The notes beneath the pieces were generated by a model. It saw only the letters and a list, made by a program, of their open reading frames with translations, did no database searches and was not told the DNA's origin. Positions 9,754 to 19,182 of a stretch of 64,000 nucleotides of DNA are shown here, one piece after another. This stretch comes from Deltaproteobacteria bacterium (GTDB taxonomy: Bacteria; Desulfobacterota; G020345765), in contig CP070770.1 in the NCBI GenBank assembly GCA_020345765.1, positions 1,130,972 through 1,194,971 on the forward strand. The letters are read 5' to 3'. Position 1 is the first letter of the stretch. Every line of letters begins with the position of its first letter. Both the position numbers and the translations under genes were made by a program.

Positions 9754-9769
9754 TGTGATCATGATCACA
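9754..9769. promoter_or_regulatory. perfect CRP/FNR-family-type palindrome TGTGA-N6-TCACA
   Basis: TGTGATCATGATCACA, a 16/16 palindrome starting 11 nt after the -10 box. Confidence 0.55.
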
Positions 9770-9826
9770 GCAGAATAGTGAAAATATGTTATTTAATAGT
9801 TTGGGAAAATATTCTTACTCCCTTGC

Positions 9827-10780
9827 TTGGTTATGAAACAGAAGGTATGGAGCATTACCGAAGAGAAAAAAACTAAAAGGATGCCCGCGGGAACGGTTCC
9901 TCTTCCTTCCCTGCAACCCTCCCCCCGAAGTCCGTTATGGGCCGCTACCCTCTCCCTTTTCCTCTGGGGTCTGGGACAGCTCTATAACAAGCAATACCGG
10001 GAAGGTGTTCTCTTTTTTCTCCTGATGATGTTTTGGGCTTCGATCTTCTATTTCACCCTTAATCTCTGGAATCGGCTTCCGCTTGGCAGTCTCGCAATCT
10101 TTTTATCTCTTACCGGCCTTTCCCTGCTGGGGATATCGTTCTGGACTTACCAAATATTTGAGGCCTACCGGGCGGCTAATCGAAAAAAGAGTACAGAATT
10201 TTCCGGGATGGAGAATGCCTTGATTGCGGCAGTTGCCTCCATTCTTATCCCGGGCTGGGGACAGCTCATTAACGGTCAGCCGAAGAAGGCAACCTTCTTC
10301 CTGCCCTTCCATTTTCTCCGCTGCTGGCTGACAGGACTTTTCTGGCTCACACCCTTCCTCTGGCAGCACCTGTCCGTAGGACCGGAAAAAATCTTTTTTG
10401 AAAAGTTCCTCCTCGGAATCTCTCTCACAATCCCCCTGATAGTGATCTTTTGTTTGCTGAGCATCAGCGATGCTATTAAGATCGCCCAGCATCCGGGGAA
10501 GAGGGAGCCTCTACGGAAGCGGATAAAATACGCCTGGAACCGCTGGAGAATCAAGATGCCCCGGGTAAAGGTCAGCAAGCTCAGGAAGCGGAGGGTAGTC
10601 CTCCTGGTCTTGCTTCTGTTGGCTTTAGCTGCTGTCTACCTGAGCTCCATTTATTTCCCCGTCAAACAAGACTACTTGTCCAAAATGACTGAACTTGAGC
10701 AAAAGTTAGAGGATGCCGGCTTCGTGATCATCCCCGAATACCTGAAGAAAGTATCAACAATATTTACCTATTTAATATGA
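9827..10780 (+). CDS. hypothetical multi-pass membrane protein
   Basis: 317 aa. Several hydrophobic helices. Duplicated 'W/GLGQLYNKQ' / 'GWGQLINGQ' motif. Start uncertain (TTG 9827 or ATG 9833). No family recognised. Confidence 0.6.
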   Translation: MVMKQKVWSITEEKKTKRMPAGTVPLPSLQPSPRSPLWAATLSLFLWGLGQLYNKQYREGVLFFLLMMFWASIFYFTLNLWNRLPLGSLAIFLSLTGLSLLGISFWTYQIFEAYRAANRKKSTEFSGMENALIAAVASILIPGWGQLINGQPKKATFFLPFHFLRCWLTGLFWLTPFLWQHLSVGPEKIFFEKFLLGISLTIPLIVIFCLLSISDAIKIAQHPGKREPLRKRIKYAWNRWRIKMPRVKVSKLRKRRVVLLVLLLLALAAVYLSSIYFPVKQDYLSKMTELEQKLEDAGFVIIPEYLKKVSTIFTYLI

Positions 10781-10812
10781 GCCAGAAACTACCTTTAAGT
10801 TTTTGTATTTTC

Positions 10813-10841
10813 TTGACATCCAGGCGGTTTGGTATTATATT
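10813..10841 (+). promoter_or_regulatory. sigma70-type promoter of the hrcA operon
   Basis: TTGACA (10813-10818), 17 nt spacer, TATATT (10836-10841). The ATG at 10847 lies 6 nt downstream. Confidence 0.5.
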
Positions 10842-10846
10842 TTAAT

Positions 10847-11866
10847 ATGATGCTTTCCCCAAGAAATAAAAGAATTCTTCAGATAATCGTCGAACAGTAC
10901 ACGGCGACTGCCGAGCCGGTGGGCTCCAAGAAAATAGCCAAGATCTATAATCTTAATCTATCTCCTGCTACCATCCGCAATGCCATGTCGGAGCTGGAGG
11001 AGATGGGCTATCTCAACCAGCCCTATACCTCGGCAGGAAGGATTCCTACTGACAAGGGTTTCCGTTTATATGTGGATAGCCTTCTGGAAATCCGGGGCCT
11101 GAGCTACGCCGAGAAGGAAACCATTAAGACCCAGTACCAACAGGAGCAACTGGACATTAATGAGGTCATGAGGAATACCTCCCGCATCCTCTCGTTCCTG
11201 ACCCAATACACCGGATTGGTAATGGTTCCCCGATTAACCGACACCGTATTCAAGGATATTCATTTCATAAAGCTGAAAGAGCATCTCATCTTGGCGATCT
11301 TTGTCTCCAAGTCGGGGATCGTCCAGAACAAGGTTATTGAATTCCAGGAAACAGTGACTCAGGAGGAACTGGACAAAATTAGTAAATATATCAATGAATT
11401 GCTGACCGGCCTAACCCTGAGAGAATTAAGGGAAAAGATCATTCAGGAAATTAAAAAGGAAAAGGTTCTCTACGATAAACTCCTCTCCAAAGCCTTACGC
11501 TTGAGCAAGCAAGCCCTCGATATGGAAAAGGATACCGACATCTATATCGAAGGGAAGACCAATATTCTGGAGCAGCCCGAATTTTCCGATCGGGATAAAA
11601 TGAAGGCTATCTTGAAAGCCTTTGAGGAAAAGAGAATCCTCATTAAGCTGTTGGATCAGGCCATGGACCGGGAAGGAATTCAGGTCCTTATCGGATTCGA
11701 GAGCGAGTACGAAGAGATTCAGGACTGCAGTCTGGTGGCCTCCTCCTATGGAAGCAAGAGATACGGAATCGGTACCTTAGGGGTTATCGGGCCTACCCGG
11801 ATGGATTACTCAAGAGTAATTCCCTTAGTCAGATACACCGCTGAGTCAATCAGCCGGGTTTTTTGA
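10847..11866 (+). CDS. hrcA: heat-inducible transcription repressor HrcA
   Basis: 'MMLSPRNKRILQIIVEQYTATAEPVGSKKIAK' aligns with HrcA N-termini. The position upstream of grpE-dnaK-dnaJ fits. I moved the start from the track's TTG (10829) to ATG 10847/10850. Confidence 0.92.
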   Translation: MMLSPRNKRILQIIVEQYTATAEPVGSKKIAKIYNLNLSPATIRNAMSELEEMGYLNQPYTSAGRIPTDKGFRLYVDSLLEIRGLSYAEKETIKTQYQQEQLDINEVMRNTSRILSFLTQYTGLVMVPRLTDTVFKDIHFIKLKEHLILAIFVSKSGIVQNKVIEFQETVTQEELDKISKYINELLTGLTLRELREKIIQEIKKEKVLYDKLLSKALRLSKQALDMEKDTDIYIEGKTNILEQPEFSDRDKMKAILKAFEEKRILIKLLDQAMDREGIQVLIGFESEYEEIQDCSLVASSYGSKRYGIGTLGVIGPTRMDYSRVIPLVRYTAESISRVF

Positions 11867-11875
11867 GGATAAACT

Positions 11876-12553
11876 ATGAGTCCTAGGGCTAAAGGGAAGG
11901 GAAAGGAAACAAAGAAGAGGGAGGATGCCGAAAAACAGGAGAAGATTACCCAGGAGGAGGGAGAAGAATTAACCATTCAGGTGGAGGAGGCTGAGGCCGA
12001 GGGAAGTGAGCAGCTGAGTGAGCTCGAGCAGTTAAATAACAAGCTGGCGGAGAAGGATAAAGAGGCCGCGGAAAATTATGAAAAGATGCTCCGGGCCCAG
12101 GCTGACCTCGATAATTACAAGAAACGGATACTAAGAGAGAAAGCCGACCTGTTCAATTACCGCCACGAGGATCTCATCAAGGAGCTGCTCCCTATCATCG
12201 ATAACCTCGAGAGGGCAATTGACAATGCCGGGAAATCCTCGGATTGCTCGGCCTTAGTCGAAGGGGTCGAACTGATCTACAAGCAGTTCGTCAATTGTCT
12301 CGATAAGTTCGGAGTAAAAAGTGTCTCCTCCTTGGGGGAAAAATTCGACCCTGCCCTGCATGAGGCGATCAGCCAGGCCGAGAGCAGTGAACATGCTCCC
12401 AATACGGTCATGGAAGAAGCTCAAAAAGGGTATCTGCTCAAGGACCGCTTATTAAGACCATCACTGGTGGTTGTCTCTCGGCAGCCGGAGGATACTAAGG
12501 CGGCAGAGGGTATAGATATAGAAATAGAAGAGGAAATTCAGGAAGAAGATTAA
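11876..12553 (+). CDS. grpE: nucleotide exchange factor GrpE
   Basis: 225 aa. Acidic N-terminus, '[12 protein letters not shown]' coiled-coil signature, 'FDPALHEAI' C-terminal domain. Confidence 0.93.
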   Translation: MSPRAKGKGKETKKREDAEKQEKITQEEGEELTIQVEEAEAEGSEQLSELEQLNNKLAEKDKEAAENYEKMLRAQADLDNYKKRILREKADLFNYRHEDLIKELLPIIDNLERAIDNAGKSSDCSALVEGVELIYKQFVNCLDKFGVKSVSSLGEKFDPALHEAISQAESSEHAPNTVMEEAQKGYLLKDRLLRPSLVVVSRQPEDTKAAEGIDIEIEEEIQEED

Positions 12554-12564
12554 AGGACGATAGT

Positions 12565-14406
12565 ATGGGAAGGATCATCGGGATCGATTTAGGGACAACT
12601 AATTCGTGCGTATCGTTAATTGAGGGAGGGGAGCCGGTTGTAATCCCCAATGCCGAGGGGAGCCGCACCACTCCCTCAATGGTAGCTTTCACTGACAATG
12701 GAGAGAGGCTGGTAGGGCAGATCGCCAAACGTCAGGCGGTTACCAATCCGCTGAAAACCGTATTTGCCATCAAGCGCCTGGTCGGCCGGAGTTTCGATTC
12801 CCCGGAGGCAAAAAGGAGCGCGGAGATGTGCTCCTATAAAATCGTCAAGGCTCAAAACGGCGATGCCTGGGTGGAAGTCGGGGAGGAAAATTTCTCTCCC
12901 GCGGAAATATCTGCCATGATCCTTAAGCGGATGAGGGAAACCGCCGAGGAATATATCGGGGAGGAGGTTACCGATGTAGTGATTACCGTCCCCGCTTATT
13001 TCAACGATCGCCAAAGACAGGCTACCAAGGATGCCGGGCGTATCGCTGGTCTCAATGTGCTCCGGATAATCAATGAGCCTACTGCTGCCTCCCTGGCATA
13101 CGGTTTGGGGAAAGGTAAAAACGAGAAGATCGCGGTATTTGATCTGGGAGGCGGAACCTTTGATATCTCTATCCTAGAATTAGGTGAAGGGGTCTTCGAG
13201 GTTAAGTCAACCAACGGGGATACCTTCCTGGGAGGCGAGGATTTCGACCAGCAGGTTATTGATTACCTGGCCGATGAGTTCGAAAAGACCGAAGGTATTG
13301 ATCTCAGGAAGGACCGGATGGCCTTACAGAGACTCAAGGAAGCGGCAGAAAAATGCCGGCAGGAGCTTTCCTCGACGAAAGAAACCGATATTAACCTGCC
13401 CTTTATCACTGCTGATGAGTCGGGACCGAAGCATTTGAACATGAGACTCACCCGGACGGCACTCGAGGGCCTGGTAGAGAACCTAATTGAACGCCTTGAA
13501 GAACCCTGCCAGACAGCAATGAAAGATGCGGAGCTTACTGCCAAGGATATTGACCAGGTAGTTCTGGTAGGGGGAATGACCCGGATGCCTAAGATCCAGG
13601 AGAAGGTTAAGGAAATCTTTGGGAAGGAGCCAAATAAGGGAGTTAATCCCGATGAGGTGGTAGCTATTGGAGCAGCCATCCAGGGTGGAATTTTTAAGGG
13701 TACATTTGAGGATGTCGTCCTTCTGGACGTAACTCCCTTATCTTTGGGGGTCGAGACCCAAGGAGGTATTTTCACCAAGCTTATCGAGAAGAACACCACC
13801 GTTCCCACCCGGGCGCAAAAGGTCTTCTCCACGGTGGATGACAATCAGGAGTTTGTCAATATCCATGCCCTCCAGGGGGAAAGGGAGTTGGCCGCGGATA
13901 ACCGGACCCTGGGGAGGTTCCAGTTAGTGGGTATCCCGCCCGCACCCCGGGGGATTCCTCAGATCGAGGTGACCTTCGATATCGATGCAAACGGGATCGT
14001 CCATGTCTCCGCCAAGGATCTGGGAACCGGTAAGGAACAGTCAATAAGGATAACCGTTAGCAGTGGACTTACCGAAAAGGATATCCAGAAGATGATTCAG
14101 GATGCCGAACAGTATACCGAGGAGGATAAGAAGAAGAAGGAGCTGGTGGAGGTGCGCAATAATGCCGATGGCCTGGTTTATAGTACAGAGAGGTCTCTGC
14201 GGGAATACGGCCAGATACTTTCCGCTGCCGATCGGGAAAATATCGAGCAGGCCCTGGAAAAGACCCGTATTGCCCTCAAAGGTTCCAATTTGGAAGAGAT
14301 AAAATCAGTGGTTGAACAACTAAGTTTCGCCTCCCACAAGATAGCAGAGTTAATATACTCGAAGAGCTCTGGAGAGTCCTACAGCGAGGAAGATACCTCC
14401 GAATAG
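12565..14406 (+). CDS. dnaK: molecular chaperone DnaK (Hsp70)
   Basis: 613 aa. '[12 protein letters not shown]', '[12 protein letters not shown]', '[12 protein letters not shown]' Hsp70 signatures. Confidence 0.98.
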   Translation: MGRIIGIDLGTTNSCVSLIEGGEPVVIPNAEGSRTTPSMVAFTDNGERLVGQIAKRQAVTNPLKTVFAIKRLVGRSFDSPEAKRSAEMCSYKIVKAQNGDAWVEVGEENFSPAEISAMILKRMRETAEEYIGEEVTDVVITVPAYFNDRQRQATKDAGRIAGLNVLRIINEPTAASLAYGLGKGKNEKIAVFDLGGGTFDISILELGEGVFEVKSTNGDTFLGGEDFDQQVIDYLADEFEKTEGIDLRKDRMALQRLKEAAEKCRQELSSTKETDINLPFITADESGPKHLNMRLTRTALEGLVENLIERLEEPCQTAMKDAELTAKDIDQVVLVGGMTRMPKIQEKVKEIFGKEPNKGVNPDEVVAIGAAIQGGIFKGTFEDVVLLDVTPLSLGVETQGGIFTKLIEKNTTVPTRAQKVFSTVDDNQEFVNIHALQGERELAADNRTLGRFQLVGIPPAPRGIPQIEVTFDIDANGIVHVSAKDLGTGKEQSIRITVSSGLTEKDIQKMIQDAEQYTEEDKKKKELVEVRNNADGLVYSTERSLREYGQILSAADRENIEQALEKTRIALKGSNLEEIKSVVEQLSFASHKIAELIYSKSSGESYSEEDTSE

Positions 14407-14497
14407 AACTTAACCAAGACGGGGCTCGGCCCTCCTTTGCTACCTTATTCTGAAGATATGGTAAATCCAGGAGATACATTTTAATAGCATTCCTGCC

Positions 14498-15613
14498 ATG
14501 AACAAGCGAGATTATTATGAGGTCTTAGGGGTTCCCCGCAATGCCGGCGAGCAGGAGATTAAAAAGGCATATCGACGCTTGGCAATCCAGTATCACCCGG
14601 ATCGCAATCCCGATAATAAGGATGCCGAGGAGAGATTCAAAGAGGCCTCCGAGGCTTATGAGGTATTAAGCAACCCCGAGAAGAGAGGCCTTTATGACCA
14701 ATTTGGGCACTCACTGGGGGGGAGAGGCTTTGGGGGCTTTTCCGATATCGATTTCGGCTTCGGAAGGGGTTTCGATGACCTGTTTGGAGATATATTCAAC
14801 GATCTTTTCGGCCGCCGGTCGACAAGAAGAAGATATGGGGAGCCGGGGGCGGATCTCCGATATAATTTGGAGTTATCCTTCAAGGAAGCGGTCTTCGGAA
14901 CGGATACCGATATCGAAGTGCCCCGGAAACAGGAGTGTGACCAGTGCCGGGGGAGCGGTGCCCGGCCCGGGAGCTCCTCGGAGGCATGTCCCACCTGCGG
15001 GGGGAGGGGCCAGGTAAGCTATCAACAGGGTTTCTTCAGTATTTCCCGCACCTGCAGCCACTGCCGGGGGGAAGGGAGGATCATCAAGGATCCCTGCCTG
15101 GATTGCCGCGGTGAGGGGCAGGTTATGGCAAAACACCGCTTATCGGTAAAGGTTCCTCCGGGAGTGGATAACGGAACCCGCCTGCGGCTTCAAGGGGAAG
15201 GTGAACCGGGGATTAACGGCGGCCCCCCGGGAGATTTGTATGTGGTAATTTCAGTTCATGAGCACCCCATTTTTAAAAGGGAAGGCACCGAGCTTCTCTG
15301 TGAGGTTCCGATAAACTTTGTTCAGGCTGCCTTGGGAGCGGATATTGAGGTTCCTACCCTGAATGGACTGAAAAAGTTGAAGATCCCGCCAGGCACTCAA
15401 TCCGGCGAGGAATTTGTCCTTAAAGGAGAGGGAATCCCCAGCCTTAACGGCTACCGACGAGGTGATCAGCATATAATGGTAACAGTGGAAACCCCCACTA
15501 AATTGAATGCTAAACAAAGAGAGCTTCTGGAAGAGTTTGCCCGAATCAGCGGCGATAAGGTCAATCCCCGGGCGAAAAGCTTCTTGGAGAAGGTAAAGGA
15601 GTTCTTTGGGTAG
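14498..15613 (+). CDS. dnaJ: molecular chaperone DnaJ
   Basis: 371 aa. J-domain with 'HPDRNP', a G/F-rich linker, and four CxxCxGxG zinc-finger repeats. Confidence 0.97.
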   Translation: MNKRDYYEVLGVPRNAGEQEIKKAYRRLAIQYHPDRNPDNKDAEERFKEASEAYEVLSNPEKRGLYDQFGHSLGGRGFGGFSDIDFGFGRGFDDLFGDIFNDLFGRRSTRRRYGEPGADLRYNLELSFKEAVFGTDTDIEVPRKQECDQCRGSGARPGSSSEACPTCGGRGQVSYQQGFFSISRTCSHCRGEGRIIKDPCLDCRGEGQVMAKHRLSVKVPPGVDNGTRLRLQGEGEPGINGGPPGDLYVVISVHEHPIFKREGTELLCEVPINFVQAALGADIEVPTLNGLKKLKIPPGTQSGEEFVLKGEGIPSLNGYRRGDQHIMVTVETPTKLNAKQRELLEEFARISGDKVNPRAKSFLEKVKEFFG

Positions 15614-15627
15614 CGGGAGCAAGGACG

Positions 15628-16197
15628 ATGCCGAGTAGAGGATCTTCCCGGGCCTTTTGCCCCAGTTGCGGAGAAGAAGTAGAAGTCTTCGTAACCCTCA
15701 GCGGGGGTGCCGAGCGGGCCCACTGCTCTCTCTGCGGTTTGGCCCTCGAGGAGCTCTCCGAGCCACCCCGGGCTAAGCAACTGGATACCGTGCTGATCGC
15801 CGAGGACTCTGCCCTGCTCCGCCGGACGCTCTACGATATGTTAATAGAGAACAAACTGGCTAAAAGGGTTTATACCTACCGGGACGGAAAGGAATTCATC
15901 AGCAGCGTTACCGAAGAGATGAAGGAGGGCACCCCGGTTAGTCTGGTAATTCTCGATGTGAATATGCCCGGGGTGAACGGGATCGACGCCGCCCGGATCC
16001 TAAGGGCCCTGGAGGAAAGGCTCCAGAGACCCAAAAAGATTCCCATACTCTTCTTTACCGTGGTGAAATGCGATGAGAGATTCAGGAAGATGCTCGAGCT
16101 CTGTAAGCCGTCAGCTTATATGAATAAAAGTTCAAGCTCCACTCCCGAGCGATTAACCCAGAGGGTGCGCGAGGTAATCAAACGACTTCTGGAATAA
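15628..16197 (+). CDS. single-domain response regulator with N-terminal zinc ribbon
   Basis: 189 aa. 'CPSC'-x18-'CSLC'. The receiver domain has 'LIAEDS', phospho-acceptor context 'LVILDVNMPG', 'FFTV' and 'CKP'. No output domain. Starts 14 nt after dnaJ. Confidence 0.85.
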   Translation: MPSRGSSRAFCPSCGEEVEVFVTLSGGAERAHCSLCGLALEELSEPPRAKQLDTVLIAEDSALLRRTLYDMLIENKLAKRVYTYRDGKEFISSVTEEMKEGTPVSLVILDVNMPGVNGIDAARILRALEERLQRPKKIPILFFTVVKCDERFRKMLELCKPSAYMNKSSSSTPERLTQRVREVIKRLLE

Positions 16198-16300
16198 ACT
16201 CCATTAGCGGTTTCTGCGGGGCTTGTTAACGGGGAAAGCAGTCTCCTTCCTCAGTGCTTGCCTCCTTTAACGCCTCTGTTATCTCCAAAAAGGAGCATAG

Positions 16301-18175
16301 GTGTCGATAAGAACTCCAAAAGCTATCTATCTCATTATTGCCGGGGTAATCTGCGCATGCACTCCCGCCCCTTTGCTCCGGGAGGGAACTTTCATTGAGG
16401 GGATCAATGACCGGGAGGGGCTCCTAAATAGCGCTCTCCGAGCCCAGAAAATGTCTCGCCAGGACCTCTCGTTTAAGAAGGATTATGTGGAAAAAGACCC
16501 GTTCCGCTTGAATATTGTGGACACCTTGCTCTCGGAACCCCTAAAAAGTATCTCCGTTAGCGAACGTTGGCTGAATGAGCTATCACAATTATATGATTCC
16601 GGCCCGGAAACCGGTGTCCCGGCCGATGCATCGGGCGCTTCGCTTACGGAACTACTTCGGTTCACTGTCCGGGAACTGGAATCGGGGGTCGGGGAAAGCG
16701 AGTCTCCGCGCCCCTATTCCCGGAAATGGAAGGGATTGCCAACAGAGTTGAGGAAACCCCTGAATACCCTAATATCGGCCCTGAAAAAGGCCAACCTCAT
16801 GCTTAACGAATCATTAGCTATGCTTTCCCGGAAGGAAATCGAGTTTTTAAAGGAAAACGTCCCCCTTCTGATTACCGACGACGAGGACGAATTGGAGGAG
16901 GAGAAGTATGAGGAGGTTCTGGATTTAGCCGGGAAGGTTGACTGGAATAAGCTCTTCGCCTCCGGGAGGATTATGGCCGCCGGAGTGGACTCGGTTCTGC
17001 CCGAATTAATGAATATGACCTTTGAGAGGAAAGGGGTGGTTTTTGAAACCGAGACCCCTTGGGGTAAGGTAATTGTCGGGGGAGTGGGGGATAACACCTA
17101 CCACAGAGGGGCGGCGTTGATTATCGATCTCGGAGGTGACGACCGATACTTCGAGGAACGGAGAGAAGGAACTCCCATATCCGTTATCTTGGACCTTAAA
17201 GGCAATGACCTCTACCACGGCAGTGATAGCTACTGTCAAGGGACAGGGTTCTTCGGCGTTGGGATACTGGTGGATATAGCTGGAGATGACCAGTATCTGG
17301 CAAAGGATTTCTCCCAGGGTTGCGGTATCCTGGGGATAGGGCTCCTCCTCGACCGGGCCGGAGAGGACCAGTACTCTGGGGACAGTGTCCTACAGGGCGC
17401 CGGGATCTTCGGGATCGGAATTCTTGAGGATCGGGAGGGAAATGACCACTACCAGGCCGGCCGGTTCGCCCAGGGATTCGGGTTTACCCGGGGCTTCGGC
17501 CTCCTCCTGGACGGTGGGGGCACTGACCTTTATTACAGCGGGGGCAGATATACCGATTTCCGGGAAAAAAGACAGTATTACCAGAGCCTTTCCCAGGGAT
17601 TCGGTTATGGCCTGAGGCCAACTGCCTCGGGAGGGATCGGTCTTTTGGCCGACCTCAAGGGGAACGATACTTATATCGCGGATTACTTCTCCCAGGGCTC
17701 AAGCTACTGGTATGCCCTGGGTGTCCTCCTCGATAAGGAAGGCAACGATAAGTATCTGGCCCGGCGCTACTCGCAGGGGGCAGGGACCCATTTAACGGTT
17801 GGGATCCTCATGGATGCAATGGGGGACGATATCTATCGTTCCTGGGGGGTCTCCCAGGCATGCGGGCACGATCTGGCCGTGGGGATTCTCATTGACAAGG
17901 AGGGAGACGACCAGTACTCGGCGGACCTGCTCTCCCAGGGCGTCGGCCACGCTAACGGGCTGGGGATCATGATGGACTATTCCGGGAAGGACAGCTATCT
18001 GTCCCGACAGGACAGGATACTAGGATACGGTGCGACCTCCCGGGATTTCGGGAGTATCGGGATCTTTCTCGATGGCGGAGGAAAGGACATTTATTTGGGA
18101 AAAGGGAAAGACGATTCCATCTGGACCCAGAAAAACTACGGGGTGGGAATTGATGGGTTTAGCGACTCACAATAG
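16301..18175 (+). CDS. putative lipoprotein with ~13 tandem ~26-aa 'DxxGxDxY...SQGxG' repeats (predicted beta-solenoid), family unknown
   Basis: 624 aa. GTG start 5 nt after the aaggag RBS. 'LIIAGVICAC' lipobox-like signal. Repeats such as 'DLGGDDRY','DLKGNDLY','DIAGDDQY','DRAGEDQY','DREGNDHY' run from about nt 17072 to 18130. Confidence 0.8.
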   Translation: MSIRTPKAIYLIIAGVICACTPAPLLREGTFIEGINDREGLLNSALRAQKMSRQDLSFKKDYVEKDPFRLNIVDTLLSEPLKSISVSERWLNELSQLYDSGPETGVPADASGASLTELLRFTVRELESGVGESESPRPYSRKWKGLPTELRKPLNTLISALKKANLMLNESLAMLSRKEIEFLKENVPLLITDDEDELEEEKYEEVLDLAGKVDWNKLFASGRIMAAGVDSVLPELMNMTFERKGVVFETETPWGKVIVGGVGDNTYHRGAALIIDLGGDDRYFEERREGTPISVILDLKGNDLYHGSDSYCQGTGFFGVGILVDIAGDDQYLAKDFSQGCGILGIGLLLDRAGEDQYSGDSVLQGAGIFGIGILEDREGNDHYQAGRFAQGFGFTRGFGLLLDGGGTDLYYSGGRYTDFREKRQYYQSLSQGFGYGLRPTASGGIGLLADLKGNDTYIADYFSQGSSYWYALGVLLDKEGNDKYLARRYSQGAGTHLTVGILMDAMGDDIYRSWGVSQACGHDLAVGILIDKEGDDQYSADLLSQGVGHANGLGIMMDYSGKDSYLSRQDRILGYGATSRDFGSIGIFLDGGGKDIYLGKGKDDSIWTQKNYGVGIDGFSDSQ

Positions 18176-18176
18176 G

Positions 18177-19118
18177 ATGAAAAGGTTATCGGTATTAATA
18201 GCTATCGCTTGCCTGCTTTTTCTTAACCCTTCTTCAGCGGACTCGGAGATAGAAGATGAGACAGCCTCAGGGCTAAGAGAAAAAATAGATGCTTTGGTCG
18301 AAAAGGCCTCATCGGTTGATGCAAGCGGGGAAGAAACCAAGGCCGCGAAGGAGGAGTTGGTGGCCCTGGGCAAGGATGCCACCCCTATCCTAATCGCCCA
18401 GCTTGATACCATCAGTGTTCTTAAAAGTATTGCCCTGCTCGATGTCTTAACGGATATTGGCGAGGAAGCGGTTCCCGATCTGCTCCAGGCGCTGGAAAGT
18501 GAGGCCCCCCGAACCCGCCGTAACGCCGCCTATATTCTGGCAAAGATTAAGGATGAGCGAGCAATCCCGAGCCTGCTCGGCTTCCTGAACGATGAAAAGG
18601 CTGAGCTCCGCAGGATCGCCGCCATGGGCCTGGGCGATTTGGAATACCGGGAAGCGGTACCTCAGCTCATGAAGCTTAGCGATGATCTGGATGAAGGCGT
18701 CAGGCGACATATAGTTATCGCCCTAGGGAAGATCGAGGACGAAGAGGCTACCCCTACATTACTCCGAGCCCTGAAAGACAAATACTTCAGCGTTCGCTTT
18801 CCGGCCTCGGAGGCCCTGGTAAAGCTGGGATCGGCAGCGGTTGATCCCTTGATCTTGACCCTAAAGGATAAGGAATTCCTGACCCAATCCCTGGTCATCG
18901 AGACCCTGGGGAAAATAGGAGATGAAAGGGCGGTTAAACCCCTAATCGGATTCTTATCCAGCGAAGACTGGGGTCTGCGGGGCGTGGCAGTGGAGGCCCT
19001 GGGAAATATCGGGGGAAAGAAGGCAAGAAATTCAATCAAGAAATTATCGAAAAGGGAAAAGAACGGCTTCGTCCGGGAAAAGATCTTCCGGGCCCTGGAA
19101 GAATTAAACTCACAGTAA
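18177..19118 (+). CDS. secreted HEAT-repeat (PBS-lyase-type) protein
   Basis: Signal peptide 'MKRLSVLIAIACLLFLNPSSA'. Repeated 'xAVPxLxxxLxDxxxxVRxxAaxALGxIgD' HEAT-like units. The ATG at 18177 follows the upstream TAG (18173-18175) by 1 nt. The track's 18030 start overlaps the previous gene. Confidence 0.85.
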   Translation: MKRLSVLIAIACLLFLNPSSADSEIEDETASGLREKIDALVEKASSVDASGEETKAAKEELVALGKDATPILIAQLDTISVLKSIALLDVLTDIGEEAVPDLLQALESEAPRTRRNAAYILAKIKDERAIPSLLGFLNDEKAELRRIAAMGLGDLEYREAVPQLMKLSDDLDEGVRRHIVIALGKIEDEEATPTLLRALKDKYFSVRFPASEALVKLGSAAVDPLILTLKDKEFLTQSLVIETLGKIGDERAVKPLIGFLSSEDWGLRGVAVEALGNIGGKKARNSIKKLSKREKNGFVREKIFRALEELNSQ

Positions 19119-19182
19119 ACTTAGCTATATAGAGCGATAAAATAATTGCGTATAGGATGGTATGTAAATACAGACAAATATT

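Noticed and set aside
10781-10846. Searched for a CIRCE (TTAGCACTC-N9-GAGTGCTAA) operator upstream of hrcA, and also before dnaK and dnaJ
   Set aside because: No such inverted repeat is present. The 'taagcacta'-like strings in the AT-rich repeats do not form the CIRCE palindrome.
10829-10846. TTG start codon for hrcA given by the ORF track
   Set aside because: It lies within the predicted -35/-10 promoter, and the extra residues (MVLYFN) have no counterpart in HrcA N-termini. ATG 10847/10850 is preferred.
14407-14497. Small GGGC-tcg-GCCC stem between dnaK and dnaJ, considered as an attenuator or terminator
   Set aside because: The stem is only 4 bp with a 3-nt loop and no convincing U-tract. 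This is too weak to report as a feature.
18030-18176. 49-codon N-terminal extension of the HEAT-repeat ORF
   Set aside because: It overlaps the 3' end of the solenoid gene. A canonical signal peptide starts at ATG 18177, 1 nt after the upstream stop.
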